Position numbers and translations under genes: made by a program | Notes under the pieces: generated by a model | What the model saw: the letters and a program-made list of their open reading frames with translations, nothing else | Databases searched by the model: none | Told to the model about the DNA's origin: nothing | Assembly (NCBI GenBank): GCA_027604505.1 | Contig: JADIIX010000078.1 | Span: 1 to 64,000 of the forward strand | Length of the DNA stretch: 64,000 nucleotides | From: Gonapodya sp. JEL0774 | Lineage: Eukaryota | Direction: 5' to 3' | Shown: piece after piece, positions 1-11,065 of the stretch | Layout of the letters: every line of letters starts with the position of its first letter | How positions within the stretch are numbered: the stretch's first letter is position 1

Positions 1-397
1 CATTATGACCAAGCCAGTACCAAAGCAGTCTTTTGAGCAACATCGATCATCAATGGGGATGTATTCCATTACTTCTTAAGATAGTGGGAAACTTCACACT
101 GAAGTGTTTGTTTCAGGGGGAGTGTTGAGATATGGGTGTTTCGACATTTCGGATGGCTCTAGTGCAACAGGGAGTTGGAATTCGAGGATAATTAATTGAG
201 CAAAATTACTCACCGTAAAGTTCTCTACAGGTTTGTCCTTTACAGTTTTGTTCTAGCGTTATTGGTTAGTGAGCTATACTAGGGAACGTGGGTAACTTGG
301 TGCACACACTTGGGGACGGTGCTATGGTCGTCGGATAAACTAGATTAAGCTTTTTCTGTACTACGTGTTTGAACAAGTGAATTATAACCGCTCAACA
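1..397 (+). mobile_element. 3' end of a Ty1/Copia element: RNase H tail, PPT (115-122) and 275-bp 3' LTR (123-397)
   Basis: Bases 2-58 translate to IMTKPVPKQSFEQHRSSMG, the end of Copia RNase H (DIMTK motif). The PPT AGGGGGAG is followed by an LTR with TGTTGAG...CTCAACA inverted termini. A diverged 275-bp copy lies at 1734-2008. Confidence 0.85.
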
Positions 398-698
398 CTT
401 TCACGTGCAGATTGCCCCCAAACTGCAGAAGAACAGGAGGGCATTGATGGGAAAGCCTACAGGCATGGTGTTGGACGTTTGATGCATATAAACACAATGA
501 CAGGCACAGATATTTCAACTGGAGTGAAAGGTTTTTTCTGAAGCACTTGACAACCCAAGCAAGAAACATATTCATGCATTCTACTGGTTGCTCAGGTATT
601 TGAATGGAACACAAGGCTATGGCATCACTTACTTGGGAAAGACTGATCCCAGAAAAGTATTGATGAAACAGGGAGGAGGGAGTTTGGTGTGGAATCTC
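398..698 (+). pseudogene. Degenerate Copia reverse-transcriptase fragment
   Basis: Translates to CPQTAEEQEGIDGKAYRHGVGRLMHINTMTGTDIS, resembling the Copia YRxxVGxLMY...TRPDIS motif. It is frameshifted and interrupted by the TRIM. Confidence 0.75.
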
Positions 699-1031
699 TG
701 TTGAGATTATATATGAGAATCTAGCACTCTGCCTCTGTACAGGTTTTGCACTTGGCCCAGTGGTTACATCAACAGGTTATGAGCCCGGTTTACATCATGA
801 GGTCGCAGGTTCCATCCCCAGTGGGGGCAAATTTTCATCAATATACAGCAAAGGGAGAGATTGAATTACATCATTTACAGTAGGGCAAGTGTCAAAATAA
901 CCCTAAAATCCATGGGTTGGGCAACTCTGAAGGCAGGTGCTGTCTTCAGGGGGAGTGTTGAGATTATATATGAGAATCCAGCACTCTGCCTCTGTACAGG
1001 TTTTGCACTTGGCCCAGTGGTTACATCAACA
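699..1031 (+). mobile_element. TRIM (terminal-repeat retrotransposon in miniature), 333 bp, non-autonomous Copia type
   Basis: 76-bp LTRs at 699-774 and 956-1031 (TGTTGA...TCAACA, 1 mismatch); 5-bp TSD ATCTC at 694-698 and 1032-1036; PBS GGTTATGAGCCC at 775-786; PPT AGGGGGAG at 948-955; no coding capacity. Confidence 0.93.
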
Positions 1032-1049
1032 ATCTCAAACTTGTCTTTA

Positions 1050-1733
1050 TCTCTGGCACACACACTTTAATTGGGAAAATTGGCTGTTTATATATACTCT
1101 GCTCTGCTGTGCCACATAGGCCACAGCAATGACTCGTCCAACCACTTTCCCAAATCCAATGTATACAAATTATTATGTCACAAATGGTATTCCAAGCATA
1201 GCTTCACACTCCCCCTGAAACAAAACACTCAATTGTATTCAAGTCCTCAACAAGAGCAAGAATTTTACCTCCATTGGTGATAGTGATAGTTGTGGTAACA
1301 GGATCACAATGAATCTGCGAACCAAGGAAGTTCTTCAAAGTGCCCAATTTGAGCTTGAGATGGTCCCCAAGTTCTCTAATAAATTGGTCTTCGACTTCAT
1401 CAGTATATGCAACTGATAAACCATCACCCACATGAATTGCCACAATAACACAAAGCTCATCAGATTCAGGATTGCGAACAAAGACAGAATTATCAGAATC
1501 CAACTGTTGGAATCCATACTAAGTAAAATTCCACCAAGGTGCTGTGCCAAACATTTGCAGCTTGCTTAAGACTGTAAAGAGATTTATTGAACTTGCACAC
1601 AAAGGCAGGTTTACTGAAACCATGAGGTTGCTCCATATAAGAATTCTCAGTAAGATTCCCATTCAGAAAAGCATTGGCAATTGATTTGCCATCTTTGGCA
1701 GATAAACCTAATAGAAGTTTCCATGCTTGACCA
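1050..1733 (-). pseudogene. Degenerate Copia reverse-transcriptase fragment (minus strand)
   Basis: Minus-strand translation gives NAFLNG, VCKFNKSLYSLKQAA (LYGLKQA motif) and VAIHVGDGL (decayed YVDD), with frameshifts. Confidence 0.8.
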
Positions 1734-2008
1734 TGTTCAGCTATGGTGTTTTGACATTTCAGATGGCCCTAGCGCCACAGGGAGTTTAATATTTGGGATC
1801 AAAAAGTGGACTAAAATAACTTGCCGTAAAATTATGTACAAGTTTGTCATTTGCAGTTTGGGTCTAGTGTTATTGGTTAGTGAGCTACACTAGGGAACAT
1901 GGGTAACTAGGTACACACATTTGGGGACAGTGCTAAGGTCGTCAGATAAAGTTGATTAACCTGTTTCTCTATGAGGTGTTCAAATAAGTGAATCATAACT
2001 GCTCAACA
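1734..2008 (+). mobile_element. Solo or orphan Copia LTR (275 bp), same family as 123-397
   Basis: Colinear over its full length with 123-397; TGTT...CTCAACA ends; no matching TSD seen. Confidence 0.85.
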
Positions 2009-2371
2009 TCCTCTTTTGAGTTCACACCACATCCCCACACTCAATCATGTGTGACACTGTTTGTATCACGTCTGACGACTTTAAAAAGGCTGTTGGGGTT
2101 CTTGGCGTATTGAAGTATGGGTTGAGTTTGGATTTTCAATAGCTCAACAACGGATAGTGTTAAAAGGACACCAATAAGCCAATTGAAACCGCCTTAAAGA
2201 GTACATGTGTTTTCGTACTTTGAACAATCTCTCTAGCATTACTGGTTGTGGTGTTATGTAGTTAGGAGTTGGACTAGGAGTGTGGGGCAAGAGGGTAGTG
2301 CACAGAGACTCAGCGATTGAGAATAATTGATTGACTCTGCAACCGCCCCCAACCGCACAAAAACTAATTAA

Positions 2372-3003
2372 AATGCTAAAATTGAAGAGGTCACTCAACT
2401 AAACGACTTTGGAACTTGGGATTTGGTACCAAAACTGCCTTCATACAAAGTTCTATCAGGGAAATGGGTCTATGCTATCAAAATGCTGACCGATCATGTC
2501 GCAAAGTTCAAGGCATGATGAGTTGCAAGAGGTTTTGACCAAAAGGAAGGCATTGACTTCTCCCACACCTTTGCACCTGTTATGATTGGGAAGTCATGGT
2601 GCATACTGTTAGCAATAGCTGCTCAGAAAGGGTACTTTATCAGGCAGTTTGATATTTCTAACGCTTTCTTACATGGAGACCTTTTAGAAGAGGTTTACCT
2701 TACCTAAGGAATTGATGTGGGAAAAGCAATTTCTTAAAGAGATGGGCATTAAAATAAGTACCATTGAGGTTTATGGCAGAATTGATCCTGGTGTTCCAAT
2801 CCTTCTTGGAGACAATCAGGGAACACTGGCTCTTGCTGTCAACCCTGTTCACCACAAGCTCACCAAACACATTGATGTTAAATATCATTTTATCCCTCAA
2901 TAACTAGCCAAGGGATTACTTTCACTAAGAAGTATGTTCCCACCCAGAAAAATGTGGTAGATATTATGACAAAGGTAGTACCCTGAGATTCATTTGAGCA
3001 ACA
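2372..3003 (+). pseudogene. Internally deleted Copia pol (RT N-terminus joined to RNase H)
   Basis: TWDLVP...GKWVY...FKA**VARGFDQKEG...FAPV...QFDISNAFLHG, then GDNQGTLALAVNPVHHKLTKHIDVKYHF...DIMTK; contains in-frame stops. Confidence 0.88.
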
Positions 3004-6000
3004 TAGTGGGGCTGTCACAATGTATCGGTCTCAGCCCTCTTTGACGGGATGGTGGCCTGAGAGTAGGCCTAGAGTGTGAGATGATGTGGTGCTAGTTGTG
3101 CCTTATATACATGTGTAGCCTGCGGTCATGTGCAAGGTATCAATACCACAACACCCCCCGCTCTTCTTAAGCAGATAACCTCGAACGCGAAATTGTGATA
3201 GCAGAGGGAAAAAAATGAATAACCCTCTGGCGTACGTTGTGTACGTCGAACTCTTATGGAGAAAAAATAAACTTCAGAGACTGTGCCAATCAGTATAGTA
3301 GGCACAGGGAAAACTGAGAAAACCTCGTTAAGTATTATAACAACTTAGTAAACCATACGCCGTGTAATGAGATTGCCTTGCCATGCTTCGTGGTATTTTG
3401 CGATGTCGGGTATTAGGGGCATCTGCACTACTAGCTTGCTGCTTTAAGGTGGGTTGAACGTCGTTTTTGTGCCTCTCGTGCACGCTTACAGGTCTTCATA
3501 TCCGCAGCTTGTTCTGGAAATAGACGTTGGAATTCCTTAATCATATCAAGACCATCAATTTTCTCTTCAGGAATCCATTCAGGTTCGTCGTATCCAACAA
3601 ATTTTACTAAGTCCTCGACAAGATCACCATTCATGTGAGCTAAGAGGATTGATTCCATTTCGTAGCTGGCTTCATTGCTAGCACTTGCTGCAATTGGTGT
3701 CGGATAATTCCAAGCTGGGAGGGATCCAGGGTCACTGGTGAGATCCTCTGGGTTTCGTCAAGTAGAGGAGGAGCCGCAGCCATTGCGTCAGCTGGAGGAA
3801 TGTATGGCTTAATTTTTCGTAGCCTATTTACGTGTGCACGTAATACATTTCCAGTGCAGAAGTGCTCGAGTTTGTATGTGACCTCGGTCAATTTTTCAAT
3901 GACTCGATATGGGCCACTCCATCGGGAAAGAAACTCTGTACTTTCGTCTTTGCAATGGGATTCCTCACTGTAAACCATAACAGTTGAATCGATGTCAAAT
4001 GCTATGTTGACATGTGTTTTGTCGAATTTCATCTTTTCAACTTGAGCAGACTTTTGTAATCGATCACAGAGTTCTTCATGGATTTGCGCCATGTATTCAG
4101 ACATGGGCGTATTTTCATCGCTCAGATCCTTTGGATCGAGAGTTACTCCTGTGATGATGTCTGTCGGTATACGTGGTTTGTGGCCTGTTGCAGTAAACAT
4201 TGGTGCAAACCCAGTTGTTGAGTGCACGCGGATGTTATATGCAAATTGAATAGGCAGTAAATAACGTATCCAATTGTTTTGAGATTTGGTTGAGATTTGC
4301 GTGTACAGTGCGTGGACCATGGGTCTCATGCAACATTCAGCATAAGGGTTTCCTTGTGGATGACCCGGTGACGTGAATGTATGTCAGAAACACAGCATCG
4401 CGGCAAGTTCCTTCATTAAGTCATTCGCAAATGCTGTTCCATTATTGGAATGGATTCGAATGGGCATTCCCCAACAGTAAATCCAGTTGTTCAGCAATGC
4501 GTGTGCCGTTTCAAGTGCCGATGTGTCTTTTACTGGCACGAGTTGAATCATTCGAGTGAACATGTCCATCATGACCAGAATATGTGTGAAACCTTCTGCT
4601 GTTGTGGGAAAAGGTCCAGCGTGGTCAAGACATAGATCATCCCAGGGCTGTGCTGCGCTGAAGTCAAAAGTCCTCAGGAGCCCCTGTCAATCTGGCTTAG
4701 TTGGTTTTCGACTTTGGCATGTTAAACATTTATCGTGTACGTATGATCGTACATCGCGTGCCATGCGATACCAATAGAATTTTCCTACCATTGCTTTAAG
4801 CATGGCAGTGGATCCGGCACGTGATCCAGTAGGGTCATCATGATGCATACACAGAATCTCTTCTCTTCGAGCAGCTGGGACCACTATTTGAGTTGGTCCG
4901 TTTACCGCTTTTGAGATTAAAGTGCGTCGCTGACTGTTTGCGGTGGTTGTCCATGAACGAACTATGGTTCGGACAAGTAGAACATTTTCAATTGCCATTA
5001 CAGAAGCGTGTCTAGCAGCTTCTTTGTAAGCAGTTGTAGTTAATTCCGCAGGTGTAGCAGTTTTTTCAATGACCGCAAAAACTCTGGCAAGATCGGGGTC
5101 AGATCTTTGGTCTGCTGCCCACTGTTCGCGATAAGCTTGTGCTGAGCACAAAACAGTGGCAAAAGCATTAGACGCTTCATTTGTAAGCACGTGAACAACG
5201 TCAAGGACATCGAGAGTCACAACTGTCATATATGAACAAGAATTGCACTCTGTCATTTCTGTGTCTTGTGTGACATTCTCATTGGAACGTTGATCACCAT
5301 ATGTTGGAACTTCAGGGTCAATTTGGCCTGTTGTTTTGCTGCTATTTTCCATTCTGGATAATGCATCGACATTTGATTGTGCTGATCCAGGTCAGTAACG
5401 TGGAGTGTAGTCAAATTCGGCTATACATATTGCCCACCGAGCGATTTTACCTTTACTCGCCGGATTGTTTAGGAATTTCAGTGACTCGTGGTCTGACTGT
5501 AATTCAAATGTGGTGCCAAGAATGCGGTGATGGAAGAATTCACATCCCCAGATGGCGGTGTAGGCGTCGCGTTCGCGAGTATCCCACTTTTGTTCAGCTG
5601 GTGTAAATTTTTTACTACTGTATCCCACTACCTAAGGTCGCCCTTTTTCATCGAGATGTTTGAGAATTGCGCCTAGAGCAATGCCTGAAATGTCAGTTTT
5701 GACAATGAACGGCTTGCTGTAGTTGGGTCTACGTAATACACCACCAGATAGCATGCACGCTTTGAGTTTCTCAAAGGATTCGATAGCTTCTAGGCAAAAC
5801 ACAGGCTTTGGCTCTGACAACAGATTCGTCAAAGGTGCCGCACTTTGTGCGTACCGTTTGATGAAATGTCGATAATGACCGGTAAGCCCCGAGAAACGTT
5901 GTAGTTCCTTGAGTGTCTTTGGCATTACGAAAATACTAATGGCCTCCAACTTTTTGGGGTCCACTTTGATGAGTCCACTGGCCGTAATTATGTGACTGAG

Positions 6001-9000
6001 GTAAGGAGTCTCATCTCGACAGAAGTTGCATTTTGGAGCACGTAGCTTTAGATTTGCACTTCGGAGGCTAGACAATAGTAAGTTCAAATGCATTAAATGG
6101 TCTTCGAGTGTATTGGAGTAGACAAGTATGTCGTCCATATAAACCAATAAACATTCCCAATTTACACCTCGCAGCACGTCATCCATCAGACGTTGGAACG
6201 TGGTGGGAGCATTTGTGAGTCCAAACGGCATCCTTACAAAATGGTAAAGGCCTGTATGTGTTCGGAATGTGGTCTTTTCACGATTGCTGGGTTTTATTGG
6301 TATGTTCCAATATCCCCATGTGATATCGAGAGCCAAATAGTATTTAGCGTGCTCAGTTGCAGCTAGTAAATCATCTATTCTCGGCAAAGGATACTTGTCC
6401 TTCTTTGTTGCTGCTTTGAGTTTTCGATTGTCGACGCAAAAGCGGAGCTTACCGTCCTTTTTTGGCGCCATGACTACTGGAAACGCCCAAGAGCTCATTG
6501 AGGGCTCGATAATACCATCACATAGCATTTTCTGTCTCGTGGACTACCATGGTAACGTGGTACCACGATTGGTTTCAAGTTGCCTGTATCGATCTCGTGT
6601 TCGACCGGATATGCAACTCCACCAGGCGTGTTGCTGTAGCTAAAAACATCGTGATTGCTGTTCAAACATTGCTTTAGTTCATTCAATTGAATTTTGTCTA
6701 AGCATGTGTTTGACGGGTCAAGGGCAGGAATTGCTGGCGCAATATCCTGTGGACTCGGATCTTCCAAGCGGCTAGGTACATCGATTATGAGCATGGAACC
6801 ATTACAATTATTATGAACCAGGATTGACATTTTGTCACTTCCAGATTGCATGGTTAGTATTTTATAATCATGGGGGATTATAGGTTCGAAGTATGCAACT
6901 CAAGTTTCTTTAGGGACCAAAGCTGGTGCACCGGAGTAATTCTCCAATATGAATTAGGTGGTACCGTTTTTCATATCGCACAATGAGTTTGGAACGACAA
7001 GTTTGTGTCGTTCACTTGTGAGTGGGTGATACTTGGCAACTTCTGTGCGCTGGTCTGTTTGAATCGGCATAGCACGAACAATTTTACGTTCGCCCTTCTC
7101 GAGTTTGTAAGACTCAGTTGTAACCATGACTACAACATTTGTTGGATGACTCACAGTCAACATTTCTTTCTTGAAATGTATTGGCGGTGAGTAGTGTTTC
7201 AGGTGAACCGTTGCACCATTCATGGGGAATCTAAGCCAATTTTCAGCCCAGTTCACGAGTACACCCATTTGACGGAGATACCCAGTGCCCAACACTATAT
7301 TGTAGGGGAGTCCGTCCAATATATGGAACAGATGATGGACTTTCCCGTGACCGTTAATGCTGATTGGTAGTTGTATCCGACCGCATGGTATGACCATGCA
7401 ACTATCTCCGATTCATATATGGAAATCAGGATGACTGGCTAGTTGTTTGTATCTTTCTCTTCATGAAAGTACTTAGAGTATGCGTCCTACCTTATCACCG
7501 AGATCGATGCACCTGTATCTGGTAATGCGTCGAGTATGATTCCATACAAATTGTATGCAGGATCAATTTATACTTCAGCTAGGCCTATTTGTGCCTCTCA
7601 CTTGATGTCAGGGTGCTCCTTGTCACTCAATTTGGAGTTTTGATAGGTGTTCTCAATGTTGATAAGATTTGCACCAGTTGCGGCGAGCCTTCGCCTTTTA
7701 GACAGGGGTTGCGTATCGCTTGTTTCTTGCTCAGTGGCAGTTTGCCTGCTTGTGGGTGACACAATTGGTGTCAGTGGCTGACTTTGAGCCGCTTTGTCGC
7801 ATACTTCAGTACGTATTGATGTAGGTATTGGCGTGGGCGCTGCCACAGTCAACTTTCAAGTGTGCCGTCCACAAACAGTTGATCAATACCAGGGTAAAGA
7901 ACCCCACAACCGCAAACCTGTGCTCCACACCTGAGGAGGGCGCCGTCCTAGCTCAGTTGGGCTCGTTGAGTCACTTGAACTTTGATGCGTACTAGTGCAT
8001 TCAAAATGTAAAACGACATAGTATTTGCTCTATGAATCACGTTGAAACAATTCGCAATCATGGTACCACGTGTAGGGGTCGGTCTGCCAGGCACTGCATA
8101 GAACGACCATCTGCGTGGCAAGTGAGTCTACTACGGCTCTGCTTGTTGTTCCACCATTAGCCGTCTGCTACGCGTGACATCTGGGGCTTCCCAAAACCAC
8201 AATAGCGTATATTGTCATAGCCTGCGAACTGGTCTCGCCTAGCTGTTGCCATGCCCTTAGCCACACACGTTTGATGCGTGGCGCCTGGGAGCAATCTACA
8301 GGAAATGTGTGTTACGCATTTCAAGCTTAATACCCTTGGGGCGTGTCTGCAGGTTAAGTGCGTTCCTGCATTGTGACACTTATTATTGTCTACGAGCCCA
8401 TCTTTGTGGCACTGGCTTGTCTTACGGATATGAGCATTGAAGTATATATAAAATATGATCTCGGTATTTGAGATGTGTTGTACGTATGTAAGTTGTCAGT
8501 GAGTTTTGCGAACGTTTTGGGGTGGAAGACGGTGGTGTGGCACAGATGCTGGTGCACACCCTCCAGCAATGGTCCAATTTGCAGACACCCCTGAAGCCCA
8601 GACTGTGGGGGGTTTTCAGGAAACGTTTGAGACATTGGGAAGATGTCATGTTTAAATTTTGGAGGTGTTTGGACACCTCTCTGGGTTTTAGTGCGTTATT
8701 CTGTGCGGCTCATAGACTACACCCCCACGTGACCTATGAGTCGCTTGAACAGTGAATGACAATGTTTTTCATAGAATTGTGATACTGTGGTGTATCAACT
8801 CATTGGGCCGTGCATGATCAGATGAGTGTTGCGTGGATTTGGCACCCAACTTTTCACATACTGCAGTAGCATGTCACGCACAATTTCTTTGCGAAATGCA
8901 TAAATTGCATGTTGCTGGTTTCACCATTAAGAAATGAGTTGACGTGAGTCAATGTCAGGTCGCCACATGTGATTTGATCTGATCATGTGGACCAGGGTTT

Positions 9001-10193
9001 TGCAAATGCTCCGACCAGCTTTTTGCTGACTCACATACGGGTTGTGCTTCCTGCGTTATACCGATTATAATAGATAAAGTATTGGGTATTCTTCTAGCAT
9101 TTGCGCTATTACAGGTTTTGGTAGACGTACTCCATTTTGTAGTACCATCTACTTACTTCGAACCAGACTCTTTAGAGTTTCGGTTGATGTTATCCCAGCT
9201 AGTCCGGCACTTTGCTGCGCTGTGTCCACCCTTGCCGCATAGCTCGCAAGTTTCAGTGGCACGTGTCTCCCTATCACACGGTTGAGCCTGGTTGGAAGAG
9301 CTTGACCGACCATTTGATTGGTTGGTGCGCCAAGAACCATGACCATTACGACTCTTGTATGGCATGAAGCATTTCGCAGAGCCGCTGTCACGGTCTTGTG
9401 GCAAGTCGGAGAGTTGGCGTTTTTTGCCGTTGCTATTCATGTTGTTGTCTGCCCCTTTTGACCTTGCATTATGCATTGGCGTATCGGGTTTAGGGACATT
9501 TGATGGGCGAAGATGTGCTATTATGATGATCATGGGAGCGAAGGTTTCTTCCCTTCTCTGATCGCAAACTATATTGAACGATGCATTATGGGAGTTACAA
9601 TTTGATTTCGAATTTGTCTAGCTCTTTCGAACTATTGTTCGGCGTTTGGAGTCTGTTTTTGTGACAGAGTTGTGATACACCACTGGGTGATTGAACGATT
9701 TTGCGAGTTTGAGCGACTCGATTGCTTAGGTTTTAAAACTATTATATATTTCGACGATGGCTGTTTGCCGTCGCTTTTTGCGATGGAAAGTCAGTGCGTT
9801 GCTGAATTCTGTCATTTTGACGTTTTTGGTAACTAGAGTGATCGCAACGTCTTCTGACAGTCTACGATCCTCGATGGGGGTTTGTTTTGAAGGGAAAACG
9901 TTGTGTGATGTTGTGTTTTGCTTTACACTATAGTGTATGAGTCTTGGACAGCTTCTTGCTGCTTTTTGTGACTCCTTTTTGGTGGTGTCTCTGAATCGAG
10001 AACACTGTTGTCCCCCCAAACTGTAGTGGGGCTGTCACTACGTATCAGTCTCAGCCCTCTATGATGGGATGGTGGCCTGGTGATAGGCCTAGAGTGTGAG
10101 ATGATGTGAAGTGTGATCTTATTATGTGGTGCTAGTTGTGCCTTATATACATGTATAGGCTGTGGTCATGTGCAAGGTGTCAATACCACAACA
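3004..10193 (-). mobile_element. Degenerate full-length Ty3/Gypsy chromovirus
   Basis: LTRs at 10022-10193 (5') and ~3004-3153 (3', with a 20-bp deletion); PPT AAGAAGAGCGGGGGG at 3154-3168. Gag CCHC knuckle CELCGKGGHSAAKC, protease ALPDTGAS (~7520), RT with YMDD (5632-6528), RNase H, integrase (HHCC, core, GPY) and a C-terminal chromodomain (3431-3658). Many stops and frameshifts; no intact TSD. Confidence 0.93.
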
Positions 10194-11065
10194 ATAGGAT
10201 GTTTGGGATCACAAGGAGGTCACGTCCTGAAGTCAGAGGATATCTGGAATGGAAATGTATAAATGTAGAGAAAGACAACACACAGCGTTGACGTTCCTAC
10301 CTGGAACAGAAGCGCTACTAGTCAAACCTAAATCCTTCCTTAACAGCACCAATCCGACTTGCCTCACTCCTTCAGTCATGTCCGCCTGTTCCCGCAACCT
10401 CTGCTCATGCTCGCCAACTCCTGCACACCCTCAAGTAACCCGGCCCACATCGGGGTATGGAATTCCTATGCGGAGGTAACGCGCGCAACACGGGAAAAGT
10501 CACTGGGGGTGGCGGAGAGGGCAAGTTCGCTGTGCGGCTTGGACCGGTGAGCCGCTTCCACCACCAGGGCACCCACTATCAGGACTCCCAACAAGTTGCC
10601 CACTCCAAATCCTTCTTCTCTCCTCGCCGCTTGTAACGGCGCAACCAGTCCTTCCATCCAGGTATGTCGTCCTCCTTACCCCATGCTTTCTAACCCTCCC
10701 ATGCGCCTTGCTGCTCTGAGTTTCGCAGACGAAAGATCGCGTTGAAACACGCCGACGGGTTCCACCATCCGCGACGAATATCGTCACTCCGCCGACCGTC
10801 GCAACCACCCAGAGCATGTGCGAAGGGCGATTCAAATGTCTGACCAACCAAACTGACTAGAGCGAACAAGCGAGGGTGAATGATATGGGGGGTTATGGGC
10901 TTTGGTGGCTTGGCTTGGTGGTGGAAAGGGAGGATACAGTGCGAGTGAAGCGGAGGTGGGGGAAGGGCTGCTGTGGCCCAGCAATGCAGCCATCACACCC
11001 AGCAAGAGAAAGAAGTAATCTTCGCTGCAGCCCCAGGCCCCAGTTTCCCCGCCCTACACTCCTCG

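Noticed and set aside
745..830. Functional tRNA gene
   Set aside because: A/B-box-like motifs are present, but the acceptor and T stems do not pair properly and the region is part of a TRIM.
2995..10200. Target-site duplication for the Gypsy element
   Set aside because: The flanks do not match and the left LTR terminus is altered, so no TSD is claimed.
10359..10860. Possible plus-strand spliced gene remnant (GTATGT...TTTCGCAG intron at ~10662-10728)
   Set aside because: In-frame TGA at 10548-10550, no recognisable domain and no clear start; at best a pseudogene.
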